A stretch of DNA of 64,000 nt from positions 32,001 to 96,000 of IMG/VR virus record IMGVR_UViG_3300032138_000647. The stretch is one strand, 5' to 3'. The notes beneath the pieces were generated by a model. The model was not told the origin of the DNA and ran no database searches. It saw only the letters and a list, made by a program, of their open reading frames with translations. A program made the position numbers and the translations under genes. The DNA is from a virus. Lineage: Duplodnaviria; Caudoviricetes. Position 1 is the stretch's first letter; every line of letters begins with the position of its first letter. Below, piece by piece: positions 11,301 to 19,118 of the stretch.

Positions 11301-14300
11301 ATGTTGTTGAAGAAACTGATCATAACGGCATACATGAGAGCTATAATGTGTGCTGGGTTGCTAATCCTGACGGTTTGCCTAAAGAACAAGACGTGGAAGA
11401 TATCAAGGAGTGGCTAGACAAGGGAGACAAGACTCTAGTTATCACCTATGCTAATGAGCTTTATTGTCAAGAGTCAGACGAAACTGGGTACAAGCCTTGT
11501 AATGAGGGTGAGGGTCAGTACTCTGGAGAAGACACGGGACGTTGGCCCCCTAGTCAGAAATATGCTAGAATAGTAGAAAATCTCTGTGACACATTTGGAA
11601 TAAAGATGAGGCCAGCATATTTGCCCGGAGAGGGGCAGTATGCAGAATACCGTCTTCATACTAACGGGGTGGGGCCAGAACAGGAAAGAGACTCAAACGA
11701 TTTAGCTATTAAGGGTTGCGGCAAGCCTGCCCATAAGGTTAAAAGGCTTTACGTTGATGAGTGGGGTGAACATATTTTGGGTCCAAACTTCATTCCAATT
11801 GACAGAAGTTGTACCAAAACTGGTGAGAACGAGTGGTCAGACTGCGCTGCTAACCGAATGGTTTGGTATCCTTATATGGTCAGAGATATAAGGTGGACGC
11901 CAGCATCTCCATTCTGGCAGATCAAGCCCGGCTTGGCAAGGCTAGAGGTTCCTGCCTTGGCCAACTCTGGCTATCGCTTGTTCTATACCTATGTAACGGA
12001 GCTTCCAGATGAAAAGAATTATCTGAGGGCTTGGACACATCATGTCAGGAGAAGTCCTCATCCAGACCATAAATCAGGAGCCTCTATAAAGCTTTATGAC
12101 TATGATGATAATGACAAGCCAGTGTTAGCTGGCTCTGGTCATCTAACAAAGGATTTGATTAAAACACCAGTAGGTACTCCTGTTACTGTATCTATGAATG
12201 TTAGGGCTGGACACGAAGTAGACAATCTAGAGTTCTATATTGAGGGCACAAACCTGCGTGCTGGAAAGACATCTGAAGTTCCTAATATCCCGAAAACCGT
12301 TAGATTGCTAGCCGTATCAGGAGCGTTGCTACCTGTAAACAAGTTTATACAAAAGCAGGGTTATTGGGAAGATTATGTCTGTGGAGAAAGAGAAGTAACG
12401 GTGCATCATCCTGCGGAAACGTACACAATCCCCGAGAGGATGAGACCTATAATGACAGACAATACTAAATATTGTCGTCCAGTGGGTGGAGCTTGTGCTG
12501 ATTTCGATAAAAAACTTATTGCTGATGGACCAGTTATAGCAGCAGAAGAGCCAGAGCATTTCTCAGTATTTCCGGCAGGACATAAACGATCTAATATTGT
12601 TCTGTTATCCGACACTAGTATGATTCAGGGAGACTGTGGATGGTACAGAGAAACTCCCAGTGACGCTTTTCCCAAGCAACCCAACAGAGACTTTATACTA
12701 AGCCTGTATCCACAAGTTTTCCATAGGGGCTGGATAGGCAATGCTGGAGAAGGGGTTACGGCTGCCGGTGCTGACCTGCGACAAAACTTAGAGGGCGGTA
12801 GAGAGTTCCGCCATATTAAGAAGCTGCTCGCCCCAGACCGAGGAAGTCCGCATAAGTATTGGGCTGCTAGTGGGCTAACGGGGCTGATAGAAAACTTTGA
12901 CAGTTCTCCGGGATTTGGTGGCTCACCAACTCGCGCCCCCTTGTCCTACTTCACTGATGACTTTAATTTAGACCCCAAGGATGTGGATAGACCGCCAGAT
13001 CCCAAAACAGGCGAACAGATTAAAAAGGAGATTGAGAGATTTAGAAATGTTATAATTCCTGCCCACGGCCCGTATAGCAAGTTTAGTGGAGAGATTGACG
13101 GAATACCATTCATAGATCCCGGCCCCGGAGGTGGAGTTGCTCCTAACATGGTTGCGGAAACAACGTATGATATACTGGACTTTGATCGTTTCCCGTCTGG
13201 ATATCCCGGAGATCTGTTCGGTTATGCGGTTAGCCTGTATAGCGGAAAACTAGTTATTGGTGCACCCTACAATGGATTTATTAATGTCTCTGGCGAAAGG
13301 ACCACCTTGTGGGATGATGTTATAAACTCTAACGCTATAAACTCTCCGTCTGGGCTTCGGCTTAGCAATTACGGGGGGGCTGGAGCAGCCTATTACTTCG
13401 AGAGAACTGGCAAGGGTAGTGGAGTTATGGGTGGATATCAGCCATGGGAGTTCTTACAAAAAATCAAGCCAAGCGGTGTTAATGTTGGTCAGGACGCTAC
13501 GGATACCCTAAGCGTAGATGACGGACATGTGCTGGGACACAACTCATATAGCTCAGAAGACGTGACCCATAAGACAAACATCACTGACAGATTTGGTCAA
13601 GCTGTCAGTATTGATTCTGATTTTGTAGCGATTGGGGCACCCGGACATGACTTCGCTACCTACCACGATCATATTTATGATGGTGTTCATCCGCAGAGTG
13701 GAGCATTCTTAAGAAAAGAATTCAATGTCGAATTTGACATTCCTTTACATAAGATTTATGATCTTGGAGAATCTGGACTAAGAAACGATTTCAAGGAGAG
13801 CGGAATCAAATCTGTTCTAAACAACGGAGCGGTATTTACATTTGATCATAGGATTGTGGATTGGCCTAGAAGAATTAAGGAGTGGACATTTGCTGAGAAA
13901 ATTACAGCACAAGGGTATAACTCTAGAAAACAGAAATCCTACGAAGGAGCCGAGCTAACTCCAGTATCTGGAGCAGAAGATGATCACTTTGGAGAGTCTG
14001 TTGCAATACATAGATCCAAGAGGACTGATAGCGATTATACAATGGCTGTTGGTGCTCCCCATCACATGTTTGCGGCGAGTGGTAATCATACAACTTCTCA
14101 GCCTCTCTTGAATGCTGGTGCGGCTTATACATATGACGCAATGCTTAGGAGGCAGTTGCCGTCTAACGCTAGTCCAGATAACTGGATTATGGCAGATCTG
14201 TTTGGAGAAATTAGTAGCATTTCAAAAGATCTAAACCATCTCAAACTACACATTGAGCAAAACGCAACCGGAAGCCCCATAAAGTATGAAACAAGCGGTG

Positions 14301-14824
14301 TGGTTTGGACTAATGTAGATGGAGAAATCTTCCTAGAAGCATCGGGACAAGACCCGGCAACAAAGAGTTTTATTGAACATAGAAGCTATATAGAAGTAGT
14401 GTTTGGAAATCTGCACCATGGAACCCCCGTAAATGACGCTGTAAACCTGTTTACATCTGGTATTGCTGGTCCGTCTAGTGGCAATATGAACCTTGTTATC
14501 ATGGGTCCAGATAGTTCTATAGTGTATAATAGTATGGGGTTATACAGTCCTGCTGTTCTGGGATACGCATCTGGCGTGGAACCGTGGCATTCAGGTCTGT
14601 TCATGTATATGGACTGTCCAGTTCCGATAGGCGTTTCTGGTATACATACTGGCCCTACAGATTCTGGATTGTGCATTTGGACTAGCGGTATAGGTGTAAT
14701 AAATCCATCTGGTTATGCAAACGGAGTAAGGGGCGCATATTACCATATTAGTGACAGCGGGGTCTTTGGGAGCGACGGAAGTATATTCCACAAACCATTC
14801 CCCTTGAGCATAAGAGGAAAATAA
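2336..14824 (+). CDS. Giant (4162 aa) virion/tail-associated protein with a LamG-like domain, seven FG-GAP repeats, a vWA-like insert and two GldG/GATase-like repeats
   Basis: Directly follows the tape measure gene, with a GAGGAG RBS. LamG-like segment SYINFG...FSIYTRF...LVSKWD...FALGY (about 5080-5570). FG-GAP motifs such as DRYGKAIS..VVGAP, DLFGYAVS..VIGAP and DRFGQAVS..AIGAP. Confidence 0.75.
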   Translation: MSLECLCVRHGSGKAQASGGVLRAKLSCAPACVIAKPTGRGSIKALMRRERGGSAKLTATGHITGGEVVDVAFENSTVRALKPRLAVDFYLGGAWEDRSVGEGDDDSWIPPQFHGHGHTHYGKKVNPVGVFSITPGLTQVHNPSKRFKATGSLRAKYADKFAGSFNDFGCFHKLYPIKDIDVLYDGGYFVNESNNSGNLYDSVDEGVFTGSYHTQSGISYRISDDLNTFIQPSAVYTTGRFRYKCEVTNPAVTAKDSRFYFRASAPRENYSSKVPPVYKVQNIRLEDPSGNLIIKYENISLRGDADYDSYQYVNFGTYGSKPETNNLLLHTWHADYPFMEEGAGYTLSFEVDVECLDDPFDRGFDPGYEDTCALLDPQVPHSGNDYLALDGAPLATQTQRLSFLNPTNTIRISAIEICNSGGFDTLREQYMPIHFGVQETGRRMERCILPSLIPTYEFDAGVYPTSSSVWSDSITGLTNQSGVGAGHLTSLIRNPCKSSAITLSSANQVADSGKLLLEFRHQAPKTVSDFAGGAFDGSYLLREFSVSHRSTYTPDDHPFIVDSVYLKVLAKKEVGSRDYALDIVGWSDDRLLNVTSAVGGFLQNPSGSENNFAPISSGFNPTNELALGGESLSDKSQYYDASGTCNAGGDHYILSNTPMVTGTSFGWYEVPLTIYDDCVTLGKSPDFSQSSFFERLFLDIFPLPSGASIAAAELCVKYKPANGLNLNTIGYERISRIGKTREEGKITPIGRQTADDIINAGSGLSSLSAISNIPHGFTTPDDIKSNYSRRWRGLEGIVQGPFDPDMFGFGFKNPTLDFPLLSGFYDFDYDNNLIIKSRPLGSGFGSATGTMTTSYSEHHFKNLGWRFNSSGLFNQSLPDLTGPYRTTDWTSLSKTGFNFESHELHGQIADAFNNVVRLSGVNSYINFGHIDTVSGFSIYTRFTPDANVSGVGFNLFESGALVSKWDAGKDLEFALGYENGYLCGYATDKDDNLVKVKDTITYDKYQYPLSALLTYNDNNSSGLKLYTDNELHSGVFNTLRASSSEFYKKTGDSNIVLGYSPGSGVGMNMFVSEFGIGTYHESGCHIVEADPDLTFKEILAENFLAGNRVKFWASGEPSSNDRYKLWSYVDEDTLKWDLGAFKVCEFSPDFDFFTDREGRDLISINIKHDGSGYLQRVDMPMPESISYSGLAYHTQIENDFLRFNLSDASDNFYTANHPRITKSLPQGYAFADRAFVVETVLEHETLNSIAWPDGKLGPKLIVSLYTKNQEPSSFSTTNYGLINRDIHYLKPSGCWRRIDSTFNYNSFFDESEEWALFPPTRRLTEFNKKYYSQDVNDMFLQYDLVYPSGPAFESRVNVHSAHVRLEDAFIVPTEVSGNVNLTTSGEQRPRETLPLHSMTICHLDNLSSGHRFCSGILEGIYPSGLTLYTQGPTRIDSLFDGSGMTLFTSGAIHLLGSGFFNLLASGGSLGSAGSSGTGGVGGEDFLGMNLYVSGQYALSARMPLFAFNNQISFRHGFGPFYVYGTENGNHSGVNGHFYPLYTNRSAAESDSSDGLAHAHTFTEYPGITFYMPHSDQNHGIDKAPSYLINYDVFPKYPALNLNTHASTHTGHFSHIPIYLHQYAESVRSDETSSLNMYTKALGALASRYTDGFFNLYTGSPATPSAKMPLVIWNDISLIPSLASGSFNLHTATFGAGLGADYMTWNEYNYGHDITIDDNSFATLEADDEIRGVDMVCYGACDADGNEKCNDPPVFTHDVVWRPESCVTGGIFRPFATYTNLDTRGFNTDVGYSGHFYGMRKYTDLKPNAPYALTLRGSTGTTRSIPLPRDWEEWEYGSVDDVKFSGIKFIGDYPYLSGQKPITPPSGRMEGDRYGKAISVTDELMVVGAPLHEFDEQGGNTYFDSGNSRLAWVGGSGLTEAGAVYLYRRGPQPQSPNMHPSGHKAYWNLESKIVLPSAYRGDWFHWLPGTMSFGGLPKLPVRQWEIGQEGRRLGHSLDVASTIKTPSLYETKREIIVAGAPRGSWSREFDDVVTSPIKVAVMVFSDEFVYNERKASIIKAKVDAVNMLYRYYSCPPRELDLQVLVYEPTGVGAPGGGLIQGTLDWIHHSRIPRNTYTHGQVDNTDEITSGIKSLFHEAFPYDVTKPHNNIPPIVGFYIDDSRSLGREELTPAIDQFVGHYNQYSFLSGVQDVYDVQDSGHIYEYIPAVDAGEDWVRMTNTLTDSLLDSGRLIRDDGLRFICSELGLECQNPNLKEFNLPPASGGRVYIFEKESGVWNLIQEIKRPALEFSENDPDTDAAAGLDEGEGEFLKPVLTFDGFGHAVAISKNTEVVSIGSPYVEEACLIYQYDPAEKNRLYSHVKSWLTFKNEDKQYDDVLARWEEYERTFGDMVASQMIYTELSPSEKFTLRSDPEYWQNDVNGSIQEYRKIFQYGYSNIHHRGTWQFIPSNFAPTSRLGWSTAVSEDGDTAVFGAPTDSFNEFDDTNVYYKSHNTWSSYVNAGAVRVFESRKYNPHSGVVEFYKFGNLDESTRPVSARAEDYNDLQHTFGTENIPFHRTKFTDVEIPRTAGLAFIISPEIDAASDEVIENIKDWLALGDRTLVIAGNDPVWEGNGKYETSNKIINKILSKLDSRMRLHPARNEYESLPSCMPSGRANVLPSFFPAGGRSTEVTPQTMFAKGVADIRIELPTWGTGYSPCDTLNTKCELPSMHQGDLRFQWGAACRVGGKCDKIRRYPVNWPFFFGTIPWPCPTCDPDPRKPPIGPNEEPKPLLVAAEYIPSITITYPAWDSTHTEPIMCRRWIDRPDMVRYEYNPDCFESAEFTWSENSDDYTSEDRARYIDPEEYEGRDALIYAKGKSKDTDPPVRSYENVLPETTLVSSEAWSGNATSKVVMIAAVTPEGHAGPGRYNLTYKGDDNTSFYLNLTTKKCVGKIPEGGVIAQLGGWTKRTSFQDAFIGSHLGEWEGNDFYGNKGDGGLGLFNTKGWTLTENYVVEETDHNGIHESYNVCWVANPDGLPKEQDVEDIKEWLDKGDKTLVITYANELYCQESDETGYKPCNEGEGQYSGEDTGRWPPSQKYARIVENLCDTFGIKMRPAYLPGEGQYAEYRLHTNGVGPEQERDSNDLAIKGCGKPAHKVKRLYVDEWGEHILGPNFIPIDRSCTKTGENEWSDCAANRMVWYPYMVRDIRWTPASPFWQIKPGLARLEVPALANSGYRLFYTYVTELPDEKNYLRAWTHHVRRSPHPDHKSGASIKLYDYDDNDKPVLAGSGHLTKDLIKTPVGTPVTVSMNVRAGHEVDNLEFYIEGTNLRAGKTSEVPNIPKTVRLLAVSGALLPVNKFIQKQGYWEDYVCGEREVTVHHPAETYTIPERMRPIMTDNTKYCRPVGGACADFDKKLIADGPVIAAEEPEHFSVFPAGHKRSNIVLLSDTSMIQGDCGWYRETPSDAFPKQPNRDFILSLYPQVFHRGWIGNAGEGVTAAGADLRQNLEGGREFRHIKKLLAPDRGSPHKYWAASGLTGLIENFDSSPGFGGSPTRAPLSYFTDDFNLDPKDVDRPPDPKTGEQIKKEIERFRNVIIPAHGPYSKFSGEIDGIPFIDPGPGGGVAPNMVAETTYDILDFDRFPSGYPGDLFGYAVSLYSGKLVIGAPYNGFINVSGERTTLWDDVINSNAINSPSGLRLSNYGGAGAAYYFERTGKGSGVMGGYQPWEFLQKIKPSGVNVGQDATDTLSVDDGHVLGHNSYSSEDVTHKTNITDRFGQAVSIDSDFVAIGAPGHDFATYHDHIYDGVHPQSGAFLRKEFNVEFDIPLHKIYDLGESGLRNDFKESGIKSVLNNGAVFTFDHRIVDWPRRIKEWTFAEKITAQGYNSRKQKSYEGAELTPVSGAEDDHFGESVAIHRSKRTDSDYTMAVGAPHHMFAASGNHTTSQPLLNAGAAYTYDAMLRRQLPSNASPDNWIMADLFGEISSISKDLNHLKLHIEQNATGSPIKYETSGVVWTNVDGEIFLEASGQDPATKSFIEHRSYIEVVFGNLHHGTPVNDAVNLFTSGIAGPSSGNMNLVIMGPDSSIVYNSMGLYSPAVLGYASGVEPWHSGLFMYMDCPVPIGVSGIHTGPTDSGLCIWTSGIGVINPSGYANGVRGAYYHISDSGVFGSDGSIFHKPFPLSIRGK

Positions 14825-16668
14825 TGCCAATTTCAATTAGATATCTTAATGATACCGCACAAGAATGTGTGCTTAGACCCGCTCCGTTAATTTCTATATC
14901 TCACAGTATAGATAAGACTGGCGGTGGAGATGCCATAGGTAGTACGTATTCTATCACGCTTAACGGAAAAATATTAGAAGACCGTGGGTTTCCTCTTGCT
15001 AGAGACTCTGCCGGTAATCTTTTTGATCAGGTGACTGACTTGGGAGCAGCAATCCCTTGGCCGACTGGACCACTCAAGGGGCCGTATAATACATTTGATA
15101 CCTCTGTTAGCCACTATGACAAGCATAGACCTCTTACTCAGATGATTCCTCTTTATTATAAGCTGGACGCCGTGCTGTATAAGCAAAAGGTGCTGAGATC
15201 TTTGTTCGCCATAGATGGTCAGAGAATGGAAATAACCCCGGTACACGGCAATCAGCCTGAGTTTGTGTGCTATCCAAGAGTTATTTCTATTGATTTCACA
15301 GAGGGTGTGTATATAAACCAATGTGACTACACCATTAGCCTAGAAGCAGACACCCTGCTAGACTATCAGTACAAAGTGGATGACGACGGAAACCCTCGAT
15401 ATCTTGAGCACGACCCAGAACACCCTCACTACAATCCAGATGTTGTTGCTAGGCAGGGTGAAGAGGTAAATCCCGGAAAATACAAGAGACAAAAGACTGA
15501 ACAGATTCTGAATGCAGAAGGAGCTTTTGTTAATAACGTCTCTGAGTCTTGGTCCTTAGAAGCTGACGAGAGCTTGGGGGAAACCAGAGCCAACAACCTT
15601 GGCGGAGAAGTTATTCCTATGAGCTATAGGCTTACGCATAGCATGAGTGCCAATGGCAAGGCTCATTATTTTCCTAAAGACAGTGATCCAGATGACGTGG
15701 TAAAGGTTCCGGCTTGGAAGAACGCCCAATTATATGTACAAAAGAGGCTAATCAAACCCGAGAATAACCTTGGGGATCTTTATCCTAATATTAAAAATCA
15801 GATAGGAAGCGGAACTCTAGATTTAATTAAACAGTATCGTGGATTTAATCACTCAAGAACTGAAGAAGTTGATGTTGCTGGTGGAGGGTATACTGTAACT
15901 GACACTTGGCTTTTGGCTAGCGGGGTGGCTTATGAAAATTATAGCATGTCTATTTCCAGTGACGCCGCTTCACCTTTTGTTTCTGTTTCTATAGATGGTA
16001 GCATTAAGGGGCTGTCCGACACTCCTGCAAGTGGTTATATTTATGGATCAAAGCACCCCAAAAACCCAGCGAAGAAAACCTCTTATCAGAACGCTTTAGT
16101 TAAATACAAAGAGGTTTCAAAAGACGGCAAGTTTGGTGTGGGTTCAGATGTATACAAGAGGGCGAATAACGCCGTCGCGGTAGAGCTAAATTCTCAACCA
16201 AACTCTGTGTCGCTTGGAACCAATGAGTACGATGGAACAATTACCTATAACCTCTCCTTTGATAATAGACCCACCAATATCATTTCTGGAGTTGTATCGG
16301 AGAGTATATCTATTAACGACACCTATCCCGGAGATGTATTTGCTATGGTTCCAGTTATAGGAAGAAAGACTGGGCCTGTTCTACAGTATATTGGTGGTCG
16401 CACAGAATACAAGAGAGATGTTAACATAGAACTGGTTATGGACTATACTGATTTGCCATATGGAAATGACAGAAAATCTCTTATGTTACAAAAGCCCAGC
16501 CTAGTAGAACCAACTAGATCTCAGTTGAAGCTGTTAATCCAAGAGCTTAGTCCCGGCAAGGAGCCGGGTGTGAGGAAGTATTTTATTGCGCCTCCAACTG
16601 AGAGTTGGTCGCCCAAAGAGGGTAGGTATGGTTTTCAGTTGTCATGGACATATGAATTGGATAAGTAA
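14824..16668 (+). CDS. Tail/baseplate-region structural protein (614 aa) with internally repeated beta-rich units
   Basis: TAATG coupling to both neighbours. Repeated Y/VxIxxxGxIxG and GxY/IxYxxSW/F segments. Located in the tail operon. Confidence 0.55.
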   Translation: MPISIRYLNDTAQECVLRPAPLISISHSIDKTGGGDAIGSTYSITLNGKILEDRGFPLARDSAGNLFDQVTDLGAAIPWPTGPLKGPYNTFDTSVSHYDKHRPLTQMIPLYYKLDAVLYKQKVLRSLFAIDGQRMEITPVHGNQPEFVCYPRVISIDFTEGVYINQCDYTISLEADTLLDYQYKVDDDGNPRYLEHDPEHPHYNPDVVARQGEEVNPGKYKRQKTEQILNAEGAFVNNVSESWSLEADESLGETRANNLGGEVIPMSYRLTHSMSANGKAHYFPKDSDPDDVVKVPAWKNAQLYVQKRLIKPENNLGDLYPNIKNQIGSGTLDLIKQYRGFNHSRTEEVDVAGGGYTVTDTWLLASGVAYENYSMSISSDAASPFVSVSIDGSIKGLSDTPASGYIYGSKHPKNPAKKTSYQNALVKYKEVSKDGKFGVGSDVYKRANNAVAVELNSQPNSVSLGTNEYDGTITYNLSFDNRPTNIISGVVSESISINDTYPGDVFAMVPVIGRKTGPVLQYIGGRTEYKRDVNIELVMDYTDLPYGNDRKSLMLQKPSLVEPTRSQLKLLIQELSPGKEPGVRKYFIAPPTESWSPKEGRYGFQLSWTYELDK

Positions 16669-17066
16669 TGGCACAGAAAGAAACTTGGAGATATCAAAAC
16701 GTACCGCTGTTGTCGGGGCAGCGGGTTCTGTACTCTAGCGGCATGATTGTGCCGTCTGGTGAAAGCCACTTCTTTGATTTTCGTCAACAAGGAAAAGATA
16801 TATCTAGCTTGAAAAATGGGGAACCGGCACCCAGTGGTAGTGATGGTTTTCCTTCGGCTAACGTTCCACTATATAGAGGCTGCACGCATCGAGAGCATGG
16901 TTTGATATTACATTTTGGGGAGTCGGGAACCTTTTATACAGAAATGTCACATCTTAAAAAGCCAGTAAGTTCAGGCATTCAGGATTCTCTGTTAGCACCA
17001 GACAAACTAGTTACCCCGTTTAGTGAACAGGGTTCAAGGACTACTCAAGGGATACCGTTGGAATAG
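16668..17066 (+). CDS. Small Ser-Gly-rich hypothetical virion protein (132 aa)
   Basis: TAATG overlap with the upstream gene. Six SG dipeptides in 132 aa. Confidence 0.6.
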   Translation: MAQKETWRYQNVPLLSGQRVLYSSGMIVPSGESHFFDFRQQGKDISSLKNGEPAPSGSDGFPSANVPLYRGCTHREHGLILHFGESGTFYTEMSHLKKPVSSGIQDSLLAPDKLVTPFSEQGSRTTQGIPLE

Positions 17067-17078
17067 AAGGAATAATAC

Positions 17079-19118
17079 ATGCCGTTTGATCCATACATAC
17101 ACTACAAGTACAACTTCAAGGTGGAAACTTTTCCGCCCTCTAGCGAGGACGGTCCAGACGTGTCTGAGAACCGATCTAAAGACGCCGCTTTCCATCTTGA
17201 CTACCCCCTCACGTTTGCTCAGGGGGAGAGTGTTGATAAATATACTAAGGCTGAAAGACCTAACTGTCAGATATATTGCAGGGCTGGCTATATTGCTTCA
17301 GGCTTCTTTTTTCCAGATGCGGGAAGTCACTGCGGCGGCGATTTGGACGCAGTTGAAGATCAGTTCCTTCCTAAACAATCGTGGTTTCGTAGTCGAAAGA
17401 GCACAATTCAAGTCGATGGTAATGTTTACGTCCTTCCGGGTGGAAATGAAGCCCATCGCACAAAGATTACCGCAGTGACCCATCCTCATTTTTTTAACAA
17501 ACCTATACACCCAGTAGCCTCTGGTGCTATAGCGAAAAACAACCGCTGGGTGATGGCTACAAATGAGTTGGGCTTCTTTGAAACCGGGGCTAGGGCGCGG
17601 CAACTGAATCAATATAAATTGCAGCACTACACACAAGTATTCCCCGGAATGCAGTTCTGGTGTTCGGGAGAACAAGACGCGGAAGGTAATGATACTACAG
17701 TAGTGCACTCAGAAAAATGTCCTGACGGATTTGGCAGGCCCGGCGCACCGCCGAAAAAAAAGAAAGGTGCTTTTTCATACGATTGGAATGGGGGAGAGGC
17801 TTGCCTTTCTTGTATAGACGCAGAAGTAAGTGATCCGCTGGGATTTGACAAACAACAACCAAATATTTGTAACTTCGTAAGATTTAGCGGAGTCGGGGTA
17901 ATGATGGACACAGAATACCCACAGGGATCAGGAGCAAAGTCGGCCACACCTCTTGAGATGGTACTGGGAGAGGAGAGAAACCTCCAGTATTCGACAAACG
18001 AACTAAATAGAGATTTGAGCAAGAGGTGCGGAGGAGTTCAGGACTTAAGGAACTGCAACATGGTTGCCTCGATATCTAATGGGGGTGATTATGAACACGA
18101 AAGAGTTGGGATGGGTCACGCTTGGGATGCCGGTAACAAGTATACTGCGAGTGGGCAAACTGATCAAAGGGCAGGAAGACAAGCAGCCCTGTCGTTGGCA
18201 AGTTTTGAGATCCTTAGTCCCGGTGGAACGGCGTATCATACTGGAGATGTTGGCAAGTATGATGGCAAAGCGCTTGTAAAAGTTAGGGCTGTAAAAGAAA
18301 AGCCTCCTTGTGATGATGAACACACCTTGGATAAGGAGCGTATTCATTTTCACATGGAAGATAATTGCGGTGCTAAGCACGTTTATAAGATAAAGCCAGA
18401 CATTGTCGACAACAAGGCTTTAATAGAAGTTCCCCCACAATTGGCTATTACATCTATCACAGATTTCTTCCCCGGAAATAAGCTTTATCCTCATCCTCAC
18501 TCCTCAGCAGGTGCAGGTATGATAGCGCCTAGCACGGGTCCGGTTGATCACGACTGGAGCTTTGTAGATGAAGGTGGAGAACCAAGAGATTTCGGGCCAT
18601 TTACGGACTACGTATATATTCATAATACACACCCAGTTATCCATTGGGATACTGCTATATACGCACCCGACAGGGTAATGATTTATCTTTGGGTGAGAAC
18701 AAGAAAGTCCAAGGGTCAGTACAATTTAGATCTTTCACGATATGGCAACCTATATCCCGACAGCGAGGGTGAGCCTCAGATGGCAGAGTTTGGTATTCCT
18801 GAATTGATATATGCCTCAGACATGTTAGGAGAGGATCGCTCTTACAGCGGTGACGACGATAGGCGGTGGAAGCCGGGCTTTGGTCATCAGGTTGGGAAGT
18901 ACACCGGGAAGAAGGTGCCTGATCCAGCCTACGATTTAGCTGACCCGAACCACTACAGTAGTTATCCCCCGCACACGCCGATGCCTAGGCGGGGAAGCGA
19001 TCATAGATATAAACTTCAAGTCATGGTTGTTGATGGTGCTGGAATACGCGGCTGTCTATCAACCGCTATTTACTTTTCTATTGAGCGCATGAAAGAAGAA
19101 GGGGTTTGGTGGGAGTAA
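17079..19118 (+). CDS. Hypothetical structural-module protein (679 aa)
   Basis: AAGGA RBS before the ATG. Long ORF inside the tail operon. Confidence 0.65.
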   Translation: MPFDPYIHYKYNFKVETFPPSSEDGPDVSENRSKDAAFHLDYPLTFAQGESVDKYTKAERPNCQIYCRAGYIASGFFFPDAGSHCGGDLDAVEDQFLPKQSWFRSRKSTIQVDGNVYVLPGGNEAHRTKITAVTHPHFFNKPIHPVASGAIAKNNRWVMATNELGFFETGARARQLNQYKLQHYTQVFPGMQFWCSGEQDAEGNDTTVVHSEKCPDGFGRPGAPPKKKKGAFSYDWNGGEACLSCIDAEVSDPLGFDKQQPNICNFVRFSGVGVMMDTEYPQGSGAKSATPLEMVLGEERNLQYSTNELNRDLSKRCGGVQDLRNCNMVASISNGGDYEHERVGMGHAWDAGNKYTASGQTDQRAGRQAALSLASFEILSPGGTAYHTGDVGKYDGKALVKVRAVKEKPPCDDEHTLDKERIHFHMEDNCGAKHVYKIKPDIVDNKALIEVPPQLAITSITDFFPGNKLYPHPHSSAGAGMIAPSTGPVDHDWSFVDEGGEPRDFGPFTDYVYIHNTHPVIHWDTAIYAPDRVMIYLWVRTRKSKGQYNLDLSRYGNLYPDSEGEPQMAEFGIPELIYASDMLGEDRSYSGDDDRRWKPGFGHQVGKYTGKKVPDPAYDLADPNHYSSYPPHTPMPRRGSDHRYKLQVMVVDGAGIRGCLSTAIYFSIERMKEEGVWWE

